Positions 19,678-29,507 of a stretch of 64,000 nt of DNA are shown here, one piece after another. A program made the translations under genes and the position numbers. Source of the DNA: Elusimicrobiota bacterium. Its GTDB lineage: Bacteria > Elusimicrobiota > Elusimicrobia > Elusimicrobiales > UBA9959. How positions within the stretch are numbered: the stretch's first letter is position 1; each line of letters begins with the position of its first letter. Under the pieces are notes generated by a model. It was not told the DNA's origin. It saw nothing but the letters and a program-made list of their open reading frames with translations, and searched no databases. The stretch lies in assembly GCA_016234365.1 (NCBI GenBank), contig JACRER010000079.1, forward strand, positions 82,233-146,232. The letters are read 5' to 3'.

Positions 19678-21069
19678 ATGCCAAAGAACAAGAATTTCGC
19701 GGCGGTGGTGCTGGCGGCCGGCCTCGGCACCAGGATGAAGTCCGACCTGCCGAAGGTGCTCCATTATCTGGGCGATATGTCGCTGGCCGAACGCGCCATC
19801 CGCAAGGTAGCCGAACTGGGCCCGGAAAAGATCATAGTCGTGACCGGCCATAAGGCCGAACTGGTGGAGGCCGAGCTGAAGAAAAAGCTGGCCCACCTCG
19901 GCGGCATACTCGTTTTCGTCCGGCAGAAACTCCTGAAAGGCAGCGGCCGCGCCGTGCAGGAAGCCCTGGTCGAGATCCGCCGCCACGCGCACGTGCTGGT
20001 GCTGTGCGGCGACGCCCCGCTGATGCGCGTCTCCACCACCAAGCGCATGCGCGACCTCTATTTCCGCAACGGCCCCGGCTGCCTGGTGATGACCGCCGAC
20101 CTGGCCGAGCCCGGCTCCTACGGGCGCATCCGCCGCGACCACGCGGGCGGCGTAGCCGCCGTGGTGGAGGCGGCCGACGCAGACGAGTGGGAGCGCGAGA
20201 TAAAGGAAGTGAATTCCGGCACCTATTTCTTCAACGTGAAAGCCCTGGCCCGCGCCGTGGGCGGCCTTAAAAAGAAAGGCTCCAAGGGCGAATACTACCT
20301 CACCGACGCGCTGGAGAACATCATAGCCGCGGGCGGCAGGGTGGAGGCTTTCAAGCTCTCCGACGCCGACGAGATGAGCGGCATCAATTCCCGCGCCGAC
20401 CTCGCGGCCGCCTACGCCAAGCTGTGCCGCCGCAAGGCGGACGAACTGATGGCCGACGGCGTTACCGTGGTGGACCCGGCCAATACCTATATAGAGGAAA
20501 GCGTGCGCGTGGGGCGCGATACCGTTATCTTCCCCGGCGTGTTCATAAAGGGCGCCACGGTGATAGGCCGCAATTGTAAAATAGGCCCGGCCGGCGTTAT
20601 AGAGGACTGCGTTATAGATGACGGCGCGAGCATAAAGTATTCCTGCGCGCTGGAAAAAAGCCGCGTGCGCCAGGGCGCCATAGTGGGGCCTTTCGCCCGC
20701 CTGCGCCCGCTGTCCGACATTGGCCCGGCGGCCGAGATAGGCAATTTCGCGGAAGTCAAAAAGTCGCGCATAGGGCGCGGCTCCAAGATGCACCATCACA
20801 GCTACGTGGGCGACACCGAGATGGGGGAGAAGGTCAACATCGGCGCCGGCACCATAACCTGCAATTACGACGGGGTGAACAAGAACAGGACCGTGCTGGG
20901 GGCCGGCGCTTTTATAGGCTCCAACACCAATTTGGTGGCCCCGGTCAACATCGGGCCCGGCGCCTACACGGCCGCCGGTTCCACGATAACCGAGGACGTC
21001 CCGGGCGGTACGCTAGGCATAGCGCGCGCCCGGCAGGTGGTTAAGAGGCTAAAAAAAAGGACTAAATGA
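19678..21069 (+). CDS. glmU: Bifunctional UDP-GlcNAc pyrophosphorylase / GlcN-1-P N-acetyltransferase
   Basis: LAAGLGTRMKS, GEYYLTD, hexapeptide repeats, TCNYDGVNK. Confidence 0.96.
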   Translation: MPKNKNFAAVVLAAGLGTRMKSDLPKVLHYLGDMSLAERAIRKVAELGPEKIIVVTGHKAELVEAELKKKLAHLGGILVFVRQKLLKGSGRAVQEALVEIRRHAHVLVLCGDAPLMRVSTTKRMRDLYFRNGPGCLVMTADLAEPGSYGRIRRDHAGGVAAVVEAADADEWEREIKEVNSGTYFFNVKALARAVGGLKKKGSKGEYYLTDALENIIAAGGRVEAFKLSDADEMSGINSRADLAAAYAKLCRRKADELMADGVTVVDPANTYIEESVRVGRDTVIFPGVFIKGATVIGRNCKIGPAGVIEDCVIDDGASIKYSCALEKSRVRQGAIVGPFARLRPLSDIGPAAEIGNFAEVKKSRIGRGSKMHHHSYVGDTEMGEKVNIGAGTITCNYDGVNKNRTVLGAGAFIGSNTNLVAPVNIGPGAYTAAGSTITEDVPGGTLGIARARQVVKRLKKRTK

Positions 21070-22019
21070 CTCCCGAACTGAAGAAGCGGGGTTCGTTCAA
21101 GATATTCAGCGGCAGCGCCAACCCGGACCTGGCCCGCAAGATCTGCGACAAACTGGGCGTGCCGCTCTCCGAGGTGAAGGTGGGCCGTTTTGCCGACGGC
21201 GAAATAGACGTGCAGATCCTCGAAAGCGTGCGCGGCGAGGACTGCTACGTGGTGCAGCCCACCTGCAACCCCGTCAACGACAACCTGATGGAGCTGCTGA
21301 TCTTCATGGACGCCCTCAGGCGGGCCTCCGCCGGCCGCATCACGGCCGTTATCCCCTATTACGGCTACGCCCGCGCCGACCGCAAGCCGGCCCCGCGCGT
21401 GGCCATTACCGCCAAGCTGGTGGCCAACCTGATAACCGAAGCCGGCGCCACGCGCGTGATCACGCTGGACCTGCACGCCGCGCAGATCCAGGGCTTCTTC
21501 GACATCCCGCTGGACCACCTCTACGGCCGGCCGGCGGTGCTGGAGTATATCAAGGGCCGCAATTTCGAGAACACCGTTGTGGTGTCGCCCGACGTGGGCA
21601 GCGTGGAGCGCGCCCGGTCCTTCGCCAAGCGCCTGGACATGGGCCTGGTCATCATCGACAAGCGCCGCCCGCGCCCCAACGAGGCCGTGGTGTACAACAT
21701 CATCGGCGACGTGAAGGGCAAGACCTGCTTTATCTTCGACGACCTGGTGGACACGGCCGGCACGCTGGTGCAGGTGGCCAACAGCATAAAAGAGCATGGC
21801 GCGGCCAAGATAATAGCCGCGGCCTCCCACGGCGTGCTCTCCCGGGACGCCATCGACAGGATAGACAGATCCCCCATAGAAGAGCTCATTTTAACGGATA
21901 CCATTCCCGTAAATGCCTCAAAAAGTGCTAAAATAAAGATAGTATCGGTGGCCCCCATCCTGGCGGAGGCCATTAAGCGCAATCACATGGGCGAGTCCAT
22001 AAGCGAACTTTTTAAGTGA
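21066..22019 (+). CDS. prs: Ribose-phosphate pyrophosphokinase
   Basis: FADGE, PYYGYARADRK, DLHAAQIQGFF, VSPDVG, DDLVDTAGT. Confidence 0.97.
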   Translation: MTPELKKRGSFKIFSGSANPDLARKICDKLGVPLSEVKVGRFADGEIDVQILESVRGEDCYVVQPTCNPVNDNLMELLIFMDALRRASAGRITAVIPYYGYARADRKPAPRVAITAKLVANLITEAGATRVITLDLHAAQIQGFFDIPLDHLYGRPAVLEYIKGRNFENTVVVSPDVGSVERARSFAKRLDMGLVIIDKRRPRPNEAVVYNIIGDVKGKTCFIFDDLVDTAGTLVQVANSIKEHGAAKIIAAASHGVLSRDAIDRIDRSPIEELILTDTIPVNASKSAKIKIVSVAPILAEAIKRNHMGESISELFK

Positions 22020-22145
22020 TTTGCCGAGGATAGATCGAAAAACAGGGGACCAAGAGTTCCCATGAAAGCACCCGGCCGGAGAAGGCCGTCCGCCAAAGCG
22101 GACCGCGCAGCGGCGCGGGGGGTGTGACAAGGAGAAAAAAGTACC

Positions 22146-22880
22146 ATGCAACAGACTAAAATCGCAGCCGAGATGAGAAACAATTCCGGTCAGCGCGGGA
22201 CGCTCAGCGCCCATCGCGCCGCCGGCCGCATACCCGCCGTGGTTTACGGCCTGGACAAGAAGCCCGTGAGCGTGACCGTGGATGAGAAGGCCATCTCGCT
22301 CATCATCCGCAAGGACGCCAACGCCATCATCACCATCAGCTACCAGGGCGGCGAGGACGTGGTCATCATAAAGGCCATCCAGCGCCACCCCGTTACCGAC
22401 AAGTACACCCATTTCGACTTCCAGCGCATCTCGCTGACCGAGAAGATCAAGGTTAAGGTGCACGTGAAGCTCATAGGCGAGTGCTATGGCGTGAAAACGC
22501 AGGCCGGCCTGGTGGAGCACACCATGCGCGAAGTCAACGTCTCCTGTCTGCCGACGGAGATCCCGCACGAGATCACGCTGGACATTACCGACCTTCACAT
22601 CAACCACTCGCTGCGCGTAAAAGATATAAAGCCCGGCAAGTTCGACCTGCTGGACGCTCCGGAGCAGATAGTGGTCAGCGTGACCGCTCCGAAGGAAGAG
22701 AAGGTGGAAGAGCCAGTGGCCGGAGCCGCGGAACCGGAAGTCGTGGCCGCCAAGGGCAAGAAGGAAGAGGGCGCCGAGGGCGCCGCTCCTGCCGCCGGAG
22801 CCAAACCTGCAGCGGGCGCCAAGCCCGCCGCCGGTGCCGCTCCCGCCGGGGACAAGAAAGCGGACGCTCCCAAGAAGTAA
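22146..22880 (+). CDS. rplY: 50S ribosomal protein bL25 / Ctc (long form)
   Basis: GRIPAVVYG, QRHPV, HFDF, CLPTEIP; Ala/Pro/Lys-rich tail with PAAGAK repeats. Confidence 0.93.
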   Translation: MQQTKIAAEMRNNSGQRGTLSAHRAAGRIPAVVYGLDKKPVSVTVDEKAISLIIRKDANAIITISYQGGEDVVIIKAIQRHPVTDKYTHFDFQRISLTEKIKVKVHVKLIGECYGVKTQAGLVEHTMREVNVSCLPTEIPHEITLDITDLHINHSLRVKDIKPGKFDLLDAPEQIVVSVTAPKEEKVEEPVAGAAEPEVVAAKGKKEEGAEGAAPAAGAKPAAGAKPAAGAAPAGDKKADAPKK

Positions 22881-22896
22881 CGGGAGACCGCCTGAT

Positions 22897-22950
22897 ACGG
22901 GGAGCGGAAGTTGGACTTTTAACGTTCGGCTTCCGCTCTCCGTCGTTTTT
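22897..22950 (+). terminator. Intrinsic terminator-like hairpin after rplY
   Basis: acggggagcggaagttgga...ttcggcttccgctctccgt followed by cgttttt. Confidence 0.6.
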
Positions 22951-22964
22951 ACTGGGGGATTCGC

Positions 22965-23561
22965 TTGAACGACCAGGTACAGTTAGCGGCCCTGCTGGGC
23001 AACCCGGGGCCGGGTTACGAAAAGACCCGCCACAATATCGGCTTTATGCTGGCCGACCTTGCGGCTTCCCGCCTTGCGCCCGGCAAAAGCTGGCGCGACT
23101 GGAAAGGCCTCGGCCTTTACGTCGAGTTCGAACTGGCCGGCCTGCGCCGGTTCATCCTCAAACCCCAGACCTACATGAACCTCTCCGGCCAGGCGGTGCA
23201 GAGCCTGGGCGGTTTCTACAAGGTGCCGCCGTCGGCCATCCTTACGGGCTACGACGACCTGGCCCTGCCCTTCGGCAAGCTGCGCCTGCGCAAGGACGGC
23301 TCCGCCGGTTCGCACAACGGCATGGCCTCGGTCATTTCGGCCGTGGGGCCGGCGTGCCCGCGGCTGCGCATGGGCATTGGCCCGCGCCCGGCCCACATAG
23401 AGGGCAAGGATTTCGTGCTTTCCAAATTCTCCAAGGAAGAGGGGGGGCGGCTGCCCGAGTTCCTGGGCCTGGCCTGCGACGCGCTGGCGTCGGTGCTGCG
23501 CGATGGCGTAGTGACGGCCATGAACCGCTTTAACCATGACAACGATAAACCCGTACATTAA
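22965..23561 (+). CDS. pth: Peptidyl-tRNA hydrolase
   Basis: LGNPGPGYEKTRHNIGF, KPQTYMNLSG, GSHNG, RLRMGIG. Confidence 0.96.
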   Translation: MNDQVQLAALLGNPGPGYEKTRHNIGFMLADLAASRLAPGKSWRDWKGLGLYVEFELAGLRRFILKPQTYMNLSGQAVQSLGGFYKVPPSAILTGYDDLALPFGKLRLRKDGSAGSHNGMASVISAVGPACPRLRMGIGPRPAHIEGKDFVLSKFSKEEGGRLPEFLGLACDALASVLRDGVVTAMNRFNHDNDKPVH

Positions 23562-23766
23562 GGTATTCTTCGGCCTGCTGTTCATCCTGCTGGGGCTGGG
23601 CTACATCTACAGGCCCGACGCCATAGAGCGGGTGAACCGGCTTATAAAAGAGACGTTCCTCAACGACTCCTACGTGGCGCTGCACCGCAGGAACTGGGGC
23701 TTCCTGCTGCTGCTCTTGGGCGGGGTGCTGGTCTACATGGGTGCCAGCAGGGCGCTGGGCAAGTAG
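23536..23766 (+). CDS. Small two-TM membrane protein
   Basis: Two hydrophobic helices; overlaps the end of pth; host-like codon usage. Confidence 0.65.
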   Translation: MTTINPYIKVFFGLLFILLGLGYIYRPDAIERVNRLIKETFLNDSYVALHRRNWGFLLLLLGGVLVYMGASRALGK

Positions 23767-23863
23767 GCCTTTAGGCCCTTGGCTTTGGCGCGCGGTGAGG
23801 CTACACTATAGCGTGAGATTTCGGCGGCCCGGGGGGGCCGGAACATTCGGTGGTGGGGGGAAT

Positions 23864-24043
23864 ATGACCTGGGAAGAAATAGGTAAAAAATACGAGCAGG
23901 ATACCAAGCTGGCGAGGCCCGAGAAGAAGGCCCCGAAGCTGGCCAAGAACTGGGACAACCTCGTGAAGTCCACGGATAAACTGGTGTGGCTCTTCGCTAT
24001 GTCCAACGGCGGGCGGCCGCCGGCCAAGAACAGCGGCACCTGA
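23864..24043 (+). CDS. Small hypothetical protein (59 aa)
   Basis: G-rich RBS before ATG 23864; host-like codons; hairpin downstream. Confidence 0.55.
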   Translation: MTWEEIGKKYEQDTKLARPEKKAPKLAKNWDNLVKSTDKLVWLFAMSNGGRPPAKNSGT

Positions 24044-24054
24044 CGGATAAAAGA

Positions 24055-24096
24055 AAGACGCCGGCGCGGGCCCCACGGGGAGCCGCCGGCGTTCTT
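24055..24096. terminator. Hairpin between convergent genes
   Basis: aagacgccggcg...cgccggcgttctt inverted repeat. Confidence 0.55.
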
Positions 24097-24520
24097 ATTT
24101 GGCCAGGCCGTCCAGGGTGATCTCGGAACCTTTGCTGATGATCCACACGCCGTTATTCATTTGGCCGCGCAGGTCGCCGCGCTTTATGGCGCCAAGCTGG
24201 CCGTGCGTGTTGAGGGCCGCTTCAAGGTAGACGCGGCGCGTAAGCAGGTCCGGCATGATGAGGCTGGAGGGGCCGATATCGAACCGCGCCGGGAATACCG
24301 GGTTGATGATCTTCTTCACGGCCACGGGGACGCCGCCGTCGTTGCGTACCACCACGAAGAGCATGCTGTTGGACCCCGGCAGGGCCGTAAGCAGGTCCGG
24401 CCGGATACTTACCGTGCCCGAGGCGCGGAACAGGTACTTCAGGGTAGCCGGGTAGGCGAACTTCCAGCCCGTGAACAGCGCGGCGGCGAGCGCGGCCAGT
24501 ACCAGCAGTTTCCTTAGCAT
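24095..24520 (-). CDS. Membrane-anchored protein with CcmI/CycH C-terminal Ig-like domain resemblance
   Basis: N-terminal TM; GTVSI...LFVVVR..GGVPVAVKKI...FPARF pattern. Confidence 0.55.
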   Translation of the reverse strand: MLRKLLVLAALAAALFTGWKFAYPATLKYLFRASGTVSIRPDLLTALPGSNSMLFVVVRNDGGVPVAVKKIINPVFPARFDIGPSSLIMPDLLTRRVYLEAALNTHGQLGAIKRGDLRGQMNNGVWIISKGSEITLDGLAK

Positions 24521-24669
24521 TCCATAATTCTATAAAAGTTCCCGTTCCCGGCCAAAACGGCCGGGCGCCCGCCTATGACACATTCTGTTAATAATCATTT
24601 AACATTCCTTTTATTGCCTTATACGGGCCCGTATATTAGACTTGATATAGAGCGGTAAAAGGACTAACT

Positions 24670-27600
24670 ATGGCGAACGAATACGGCGAACTCGAACAGC
24701 TTGTAAACGACGTGACCAGCCTGGACACGGCGCGCATGACGCTGCGCTGGGCCCTGGAACGGCTCAACACGATAGAAAAAGAGAAGGCCGACCTCAAGAA
24801 GAACCTGGCCCTTGCCGAGGAAACTTCCAAGAAACTGCAGCTCAAGGATTCCTCGCTGCAGGACGCCTACACCGCCCGCTCCAAGACGCTCGAGGAAAAA
24901 GAGGATTTCTACACCAAGCTCGAGGCTACCATGTCGCTGTTGGGCGAGGGGAAGCTGGACATCCAGCAGCTGCTCAAGAAAGAGGCCAAGCTGGATTCCC
25001 TGCGCAAGAACCTGGAGAACGAATACCAGGAAAAATTCGACGACCTGGACCGCAACCAGCGCTCCGTGATAGAGCGCTGGAACGCCCGCCTGCTGGAAGT
25101 GGAGAGCCAGTATGCCGGCCGCCTGACGGACGCCCAGAAAAAATACGATTCGCTCCGCTCCGAGCTGGAGACCGAGTACCAGGCCCGGATGACGTCCCTG
25201 CAGACCTCGTTCAAGAGCCGCGAAAAAGAGCTGGGCTCCCGGATAGAGGCGCTGGAAGGCAGCGTGAAGAACGCCGAAGACAAGGTGGAAGCCCGCCGCA
25301 AAGCCCTGGAATCCGAATACCTGCTCAAGCAGCGCGAGATAGAGGAGAATTACCGCAAGGTAAAGGCTTCCCTCGAAGCCAATTTCGACGACAAACTTCG
25401 TGCCATGGATTCCGACCACATGGCGCAGGTGCGCTCGCTGGAAGCTTCCTGGCAGACCGAGCGCAACCGCCTGCTGGAAGAGCAGCGCGTGCGCGAAGAC
25501 CAGTTCGCCTCGGCGCAGACCCGCCTGGCCGAAGTGGAGAACCGCCTGGCCGCGCAGCAGGAGATGCACCACTCCGAACTGCTGAAGGTCATTACCGAGA
25601 AGGAGAACGCTTTCAGGGCGCAGGTTGCGGAACTGGAAAAGGAAAAGGCGCAGAAAGAAGCCACCGTCAAAGAACTTATCGTGAGGCTGGAGCAGAAGTC
25701 CACCGGCTGGGCCGCCGAGCGCGCCGCGCTGGAGGCCGAGTTCGGCCTGAAGCTGGCCGGTATAGAATCCGTCATGAACGAGCGGGTTTCTTCGCTGGCA
25801 AGCGCGCTTTCCGCCAAGGAGCAGGAACTGGAAGCCGTCGCAGAACGTCACCGCGCCGAACTGGTGGAACGGGTCCAGGCCGGCGAGGCCTCTTTCCGCG
25901 CCAGGCTGGAAACTTTCGAGGAGGAAAAGAGGTCCTATAATGAAACTATAAAGAATCTGGCCATCAGGCTGGAGGACGCCGCCCGCGCCGCGGCCATGGA
26001 GAAAGAGAATTTCCGCAGCGAGCTGGCCGACCTGTCCGCCAAGGCCGAAGCTAAGGCCGAGGACCGCAACGCCGTGGTGCGGGCCGATTACGAGGCGCGC
26101 AAAGCCGACCTGGAAAAGAATTTCGCTGCGCGCTACGAAGACAGGGTGCGCGCCCTTGAGGCCGAAAAGGCCCGCATGGCCGAAGCGCTGGCCGAGCGCG
26201 AAAAGCAGCTGGACGCGGCCTTTAAGGAAGCGCGCCAGCTGGATACCGCGCTGGCCGGAGTGCGCATGCGCGCGGCCGAAGAGAAGACGCTTTTGACCCG
26301 CGATTACGAGCGGGAGATGGTCTCGGCGATGAAGAACGCCGAGGACGCCGCCCGGGCCCGCGACGCCGAGCTGCGCGCGGAGTTAGAAGTGCTGCGCAAC
26401 GAACTGTCCGAAAAGGACCGCCTGCTGTCGCAGGAAAAGGGACGGCTGGTGGCCGAACTTTCCAAGGCGTCGCTGGACGCGCATAACCGCGGCGAGGAAC
26501 GCGCCGCCGCCGTGAGGTCAGAATACGAAGCCAAGCTCTCGTCGCTGGAAGCCTCGGTAGAGAACCGGATGGCGGAACTGAAGCAGACCATCGCGGCCAA
26601 AGAGGCGCTGCTGGAGGATTCCTTCAAGGCCCGCGAGGCCGCGGAAAAAACCTTGAAGGCCGCCTTCGAGGCCGAGAAGGCGGGGTGGACGCAAGAGCGT
26701 GCCCGCATGGCGGCCGATTTTGACAAGCGCCTGGCGGAAATAGAGGCTGGCCTGGTGGACAGGACCGCCGGGATACGCGCGGATTACGAACTGCGCAAGG
26801 CGGACCTGGAGAAGGATTTTGCGGCCCGGTATGGCGACAGGCTTAAGGCGCTGGAGGCCGAGAAGGCCCGCATGGCCGAAGCGCTGGCCGAGCGCGAGGG
26901 GCAGTTGGAAGCCTCTTTCAAGGAAGCGCAGGAACTGGACTCGGCGCTGGCCGGGCTGCGCATGCGCGCCGCCGAAGAGAAGACCATCCTGTCGCGCGAT
27001 TACGAGCGGGAAATGACCGCGGCGCTGAAGAACGCCGAGGACGCCGCCCGGGTGCGCGACGCCGGGTTGCGCTCTGACATAGAGGCGCTGCGCGGCGAAC
27101 TGGTAGAAAAGGACCGCCTGCTGTCGCAGGAAAAGGGCCGGCTGGTGGCCGAACTTTCCAAGGCGTCGCTGGACGCGCATAACCGCAGCGAGGAACGCTC
27201 CTCCGCGGTAAAAGCCGAGTACGAGGCCAGGCTGGCCTCCCTGGAGGCCGCCGCGGAGAGCCGCGAGGAGGAACTGCGCCAGGCCATAGCGGCGAAAGAG
27301 GCGCTGCTGGAACGGGCCCTTGCCGAGAGGGCCGCCGCCGAGGCCTCGGTCAGGTCTGAATTCGAACGCAAACGTTCGGCGCTGGAAGAGGCTCTGGCCG
27401 CCCGCGCCGCCACCCTGGAAGCGGATTACGCCTCGCACAAAGAGCGCCTGGCCGCCGAACTGGCCGCCCGGACCGACGCCGTGCAGGCCGAAGCCGCCGC
27501 CAAGGCGGAACTGGAGCGCGGCAACTGGGCCGCCGAGCGCTCGCGCATAGAGCGCGCGCTGGAGGAAACTTCCTCCAATTTCCGCGCCGCACAGAAGGAT

Positions 27601-28788
27601 ATAGCCGAACTGAACAAGGGGCTGCGCAAGGCCGAAGAATTCAACGCGCAGCGCGAAGCCGAACTCAGCCACGAGCTGATGGAGGCCAAGTCCAATTTCG
27701 ACAAGGAGCTGGCCTACCGCGTGAAGGACGCCGTTGGCATCCAGACCGCGCACCTGGTGGAGTCGCTGGAATCCTCCAAGGCGAAACAGGAAGAGCTTTA
27801 TAAACACCTCGAAGCCAAGGACGAGGCCATCCGCTCCATGCGGGCCGAAGCCGAGGAGAACCGCCGGATCTACGAGAACAAGATCCTGGACGCCAGCTCC
27901 GGCGCGCTGAAAGAGCGCCGCGAGGAACTGGAGCGCCACTACGCCGCCAAGTCCGCCGCGCTGGAAGAGGAGATGTCTTCCTTCCGCCGCATCATGGAGG
28001 CCGAGAACGAGGCGCTGCGCGCCGCTATGGAGCAGGCCCGCGAGGAAGTGCTGTCCGCCAATAAGCGCGCCGACGACACCTTCAACGACATGCTGAAGGC
28101 CTCCAAGGCCGTGCAGGAGGAGAAACTGGAGATCAACCGCCTGCGCACCGACGAATTCAACGCGGCCGTGACAGAGGCCGTGCGCAAGGCCACCGAGTCC
28201 ACCGCGCAGAAACTGCGCCACTCCGAGGCCGAACTGGTGCGCATCCAGGAAGTTAACCGCGACGAAGTCAACCTGCTGACCGAGGCCTTCAATAAGGAGA
28301 AGGACCGCATGCTCGAAGAGATAGTGCGCCGCGAGAACTACCTGGAATCCGCCGACCTGAAGATCCAGGAGCAGGAGCAGCAGATGGCGGCGCTGCGCCA
28401 GAACTCCTCGGTGGACCTGATGCGCCACGTGTCCGAGCAGGACAAGCGCTTCCGCGACATCGTTACCGCGGAGAAGGCCCGCTACGAGGCCCGCATAAAG
28501 CAGATGGAAGAGCTGCTGGCCGCCAAGGAACGCCTGCTGGCCGACAGCGAGCGCGTCTACCGGCAGAAACAGGTGGAACTGGACAGCCTGCACTCAGAAC
28601 TTAACGCCAGCGTCAGCCGCTTCAACGAGGACCTCTTCGCCCAGCGCCAGGCGCTCAGCGAGAAAGAAAAGAGCATCACGGACCTGCGCCTGAAGCTGGA
28701 GAAGGACTACGGCGCCAAGGCGGCGGACCTGGAGAAGATGAAGACCGAACTCGCCCACGCGATCATGGACTATAAGAACAGGAAATAA
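24670..28788 (+). CDS. Very long coiled-coil protein (1372 aa) with internal 232-aa duplication
   Basis: E/A/K/R/L-rich heptads throughout, no Pro seen, no Walker motifs, no signal peptide or TM. Confidence 0.85.
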   Translation: MANEYGELEQLVNDVTSLDTARMTLRWALERLNTIEKEKADLKKNLALAEETSKKLQLKDSSLQDAYTARSKTLEEKEDFYTKLEATMSLLGEGKLDIQQLLKKEAKLDSLRKNLENEYQEKFDDLDRNQRSVIERWNARLLEVESQYAGRLTDAQKKYDSLRSELETEYQARMTSLQTSFKSREKELGSRIEALEGSVKNAEDKVEARRKALESEYLLKQREIEENYRKVKASLEANFDDKLRAMDSDHMAQVRSLEASWQTERNRLLEEQRVREDQFASAQTRLAEVENRLAAQQEMHHSELLKVITEKENAFRAQVAELEKEKAQKEATVKELIVRLEQKSTGWAAERAALEAEFGLKLAGIESVMNERVSSLASALSAKEQELEAVAERHRAELVERVQAGEASFRARLETFEEEKRSYNETIKNLAIRLEDAARAAAMEKENFRSELADLSAKAEAKAEDRNAVVRADYEARKADLEKNFAARYEDRVRALEAEKARMAEALAEREKQLDAAFKEARQLDTALAGVRMRAAEEKTLLTRDYEREMVSAMKNAEDAARARDAELRAELEVLRNELSEKDRLLSQEKGRLVAELSKASLDAHNRGEERAAAVRSEYEAKLSSLEASVENRMAELKQTIAAKEALLEDSFKAREAAEKTLKAAFEAEKAGWTQERARMAADFDKRLAEIEAGLVDRTAGIRADYELRKADLEKDFAARYGDRLKALEAEKARMAEALAEREGQLEASFKEAQELDSALAGLRMRAAEEKTILSRDYEREMTAALKNAEDAARVRDAGLRSDIEALRGELVEKDRLLSQEKGRLVAELSKASLDAHNRSEERSSAVKAEYEARLASLEAAAESREEELRQAIAAKEALLERALAERAAAEASVRSEFERKRSALEEALAARAATLEADYASHKERLAAELAARTDAVQAEAAAKAELERGNWAAERSRIERALEETSSNFRAAQKDIAELNKGLRKAEEFNAQREAELSHELMEAKSNFDKELAYRVKDAVGIQTAHLVESLESSKAKQEELYKHLEAKDEAIRSMRAEAEENRRIYENKILDASSGALKERREELERHYAAKSAALEEEMSSFRRIMEAENEALRAAMEQAREEVLSANKRADDTFNDMLKASKAVQEEKLEINRLRTDEFNAAVTEAVRKATESTAQKLRHSEAELVRIQEVNRDEVNLLTEAFNKEKDRMLEEIVRRENYLESADLKIQEQEQQMAALRQNSSVDLMRHVSEQDKRFRDIVTAEKARYEARIKQMEELLAAKERLLADSERVYRQKQVELDSLHSELNASVSRFNEDLFAQRQALSEKEKSITDLRLKLEKDYGAKAADLEKMKTELAHAIMDYKNRK
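26077..27440 (+). repeat. Intragenic tandem duplication, period 696 nt
   Basis: ADYEARKADLEKNFAARY (gat at 26086) vs ADYELRKADLEKDFAARY (gat at 26782); KDRLLSQEKGRLVAELSKASLDAHNR identical in both copies. Confidence 0.85.
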
Positions 28789-28790
28789 TT

Positions 28791-29507
28791 ATGGAAAAAG
28801 AACGCGCCATACAATGCGTCCCGGTAGAACTGCTCGAACGGCTCAAGGCCCTCGGCGCCCGTCTCTGGGACGATAAGAACCCGGCTTCGGTGCACCTCAA
28901 CGCGATCCTGGAGGAGTTCGACTCCGACGTGCGGACCCTGGGGCATATAGTAAAGGAATACGAGACCGACTTCGAGGGCCGGCTGGCCATAAAGGAACGC
29001 GACCACGCCCGCAGCCAGGAACGCCTGCGCGCCGAGACCGACGCCGCCGCCGCCCGCCTGGGCAAGCTGCAGGTGGAGCACGCCGCCGCGCTGAAGAAGG
29101 TGGAAGAACTGAAATCCACGCTGGCCGCCCGCGAAGGCGAGCTGGCCGAACTGAAGTCCAAGACCATGGAGGACGGCAGCGAGCTGAACTCCAGGTACGT
29201 GACCAGGATGCAGGAACTTTACGACAAGGTCAACAAGAAGGAGCTGGAGATGCTGGCCCGCTGGGAAGAAAAGAACGGCGGCCTCGACGGCAAGATCCGC
29301 GAGGTCGAAACGGAGTTCGCCGCCAAGACCAAGCAGCTGGCGCTGCGCGAGAAGGCGCTGGCCGAGGACTTTAACGGCCGCAAAGCGGAGCTTATCAGGA
29401 CTTTCGACAAGATCCGCGCCGACCTGGAGGCCAGGGAGCGGGCGCTTTCGGAAAGGGAAGCTAAAAAAACTCCCAACGGCAAGCCTGCCTTTACCGAGGA
29501 AATATGA
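28791..29507 (+). CDS. Coiled-coil protein (238 aa)
   Basis: Short N-terminal head then heptad repeats; 2 bp after the previous stop. Confidence 0.8.
   Translation: MEKERAIQCVPVELLERLKALGARLWDDKNPASVHLNAILEEFDSDVRTLGHIVKEYETDFEGRLAIKERDHARSQERLRAETDAAAARLGKLQVEHAAALKKVEELKSTLAAREGELAELKSKTMEDGSELNSRYVTRMQELYDKVNKKELEMLARWEEKNGGLDGKIREVETEFAAKTKQLALREKALAEDFNGRKAELIRTFDKIRADLEARERALSEREAKKTPNGKPAFTEEI

Noticed and set aside
22780-22860. Short tandem repeats at the rplY 3' end
   Set aside because: They encode the usual low-complexity PAAGAK tail of long bL25 proteins.
24670-28788. SMC/SbcC or tape-measure annotation
   Set aside because: No Walker A/B, signature or hinge motifs, and no phage genes nearby.
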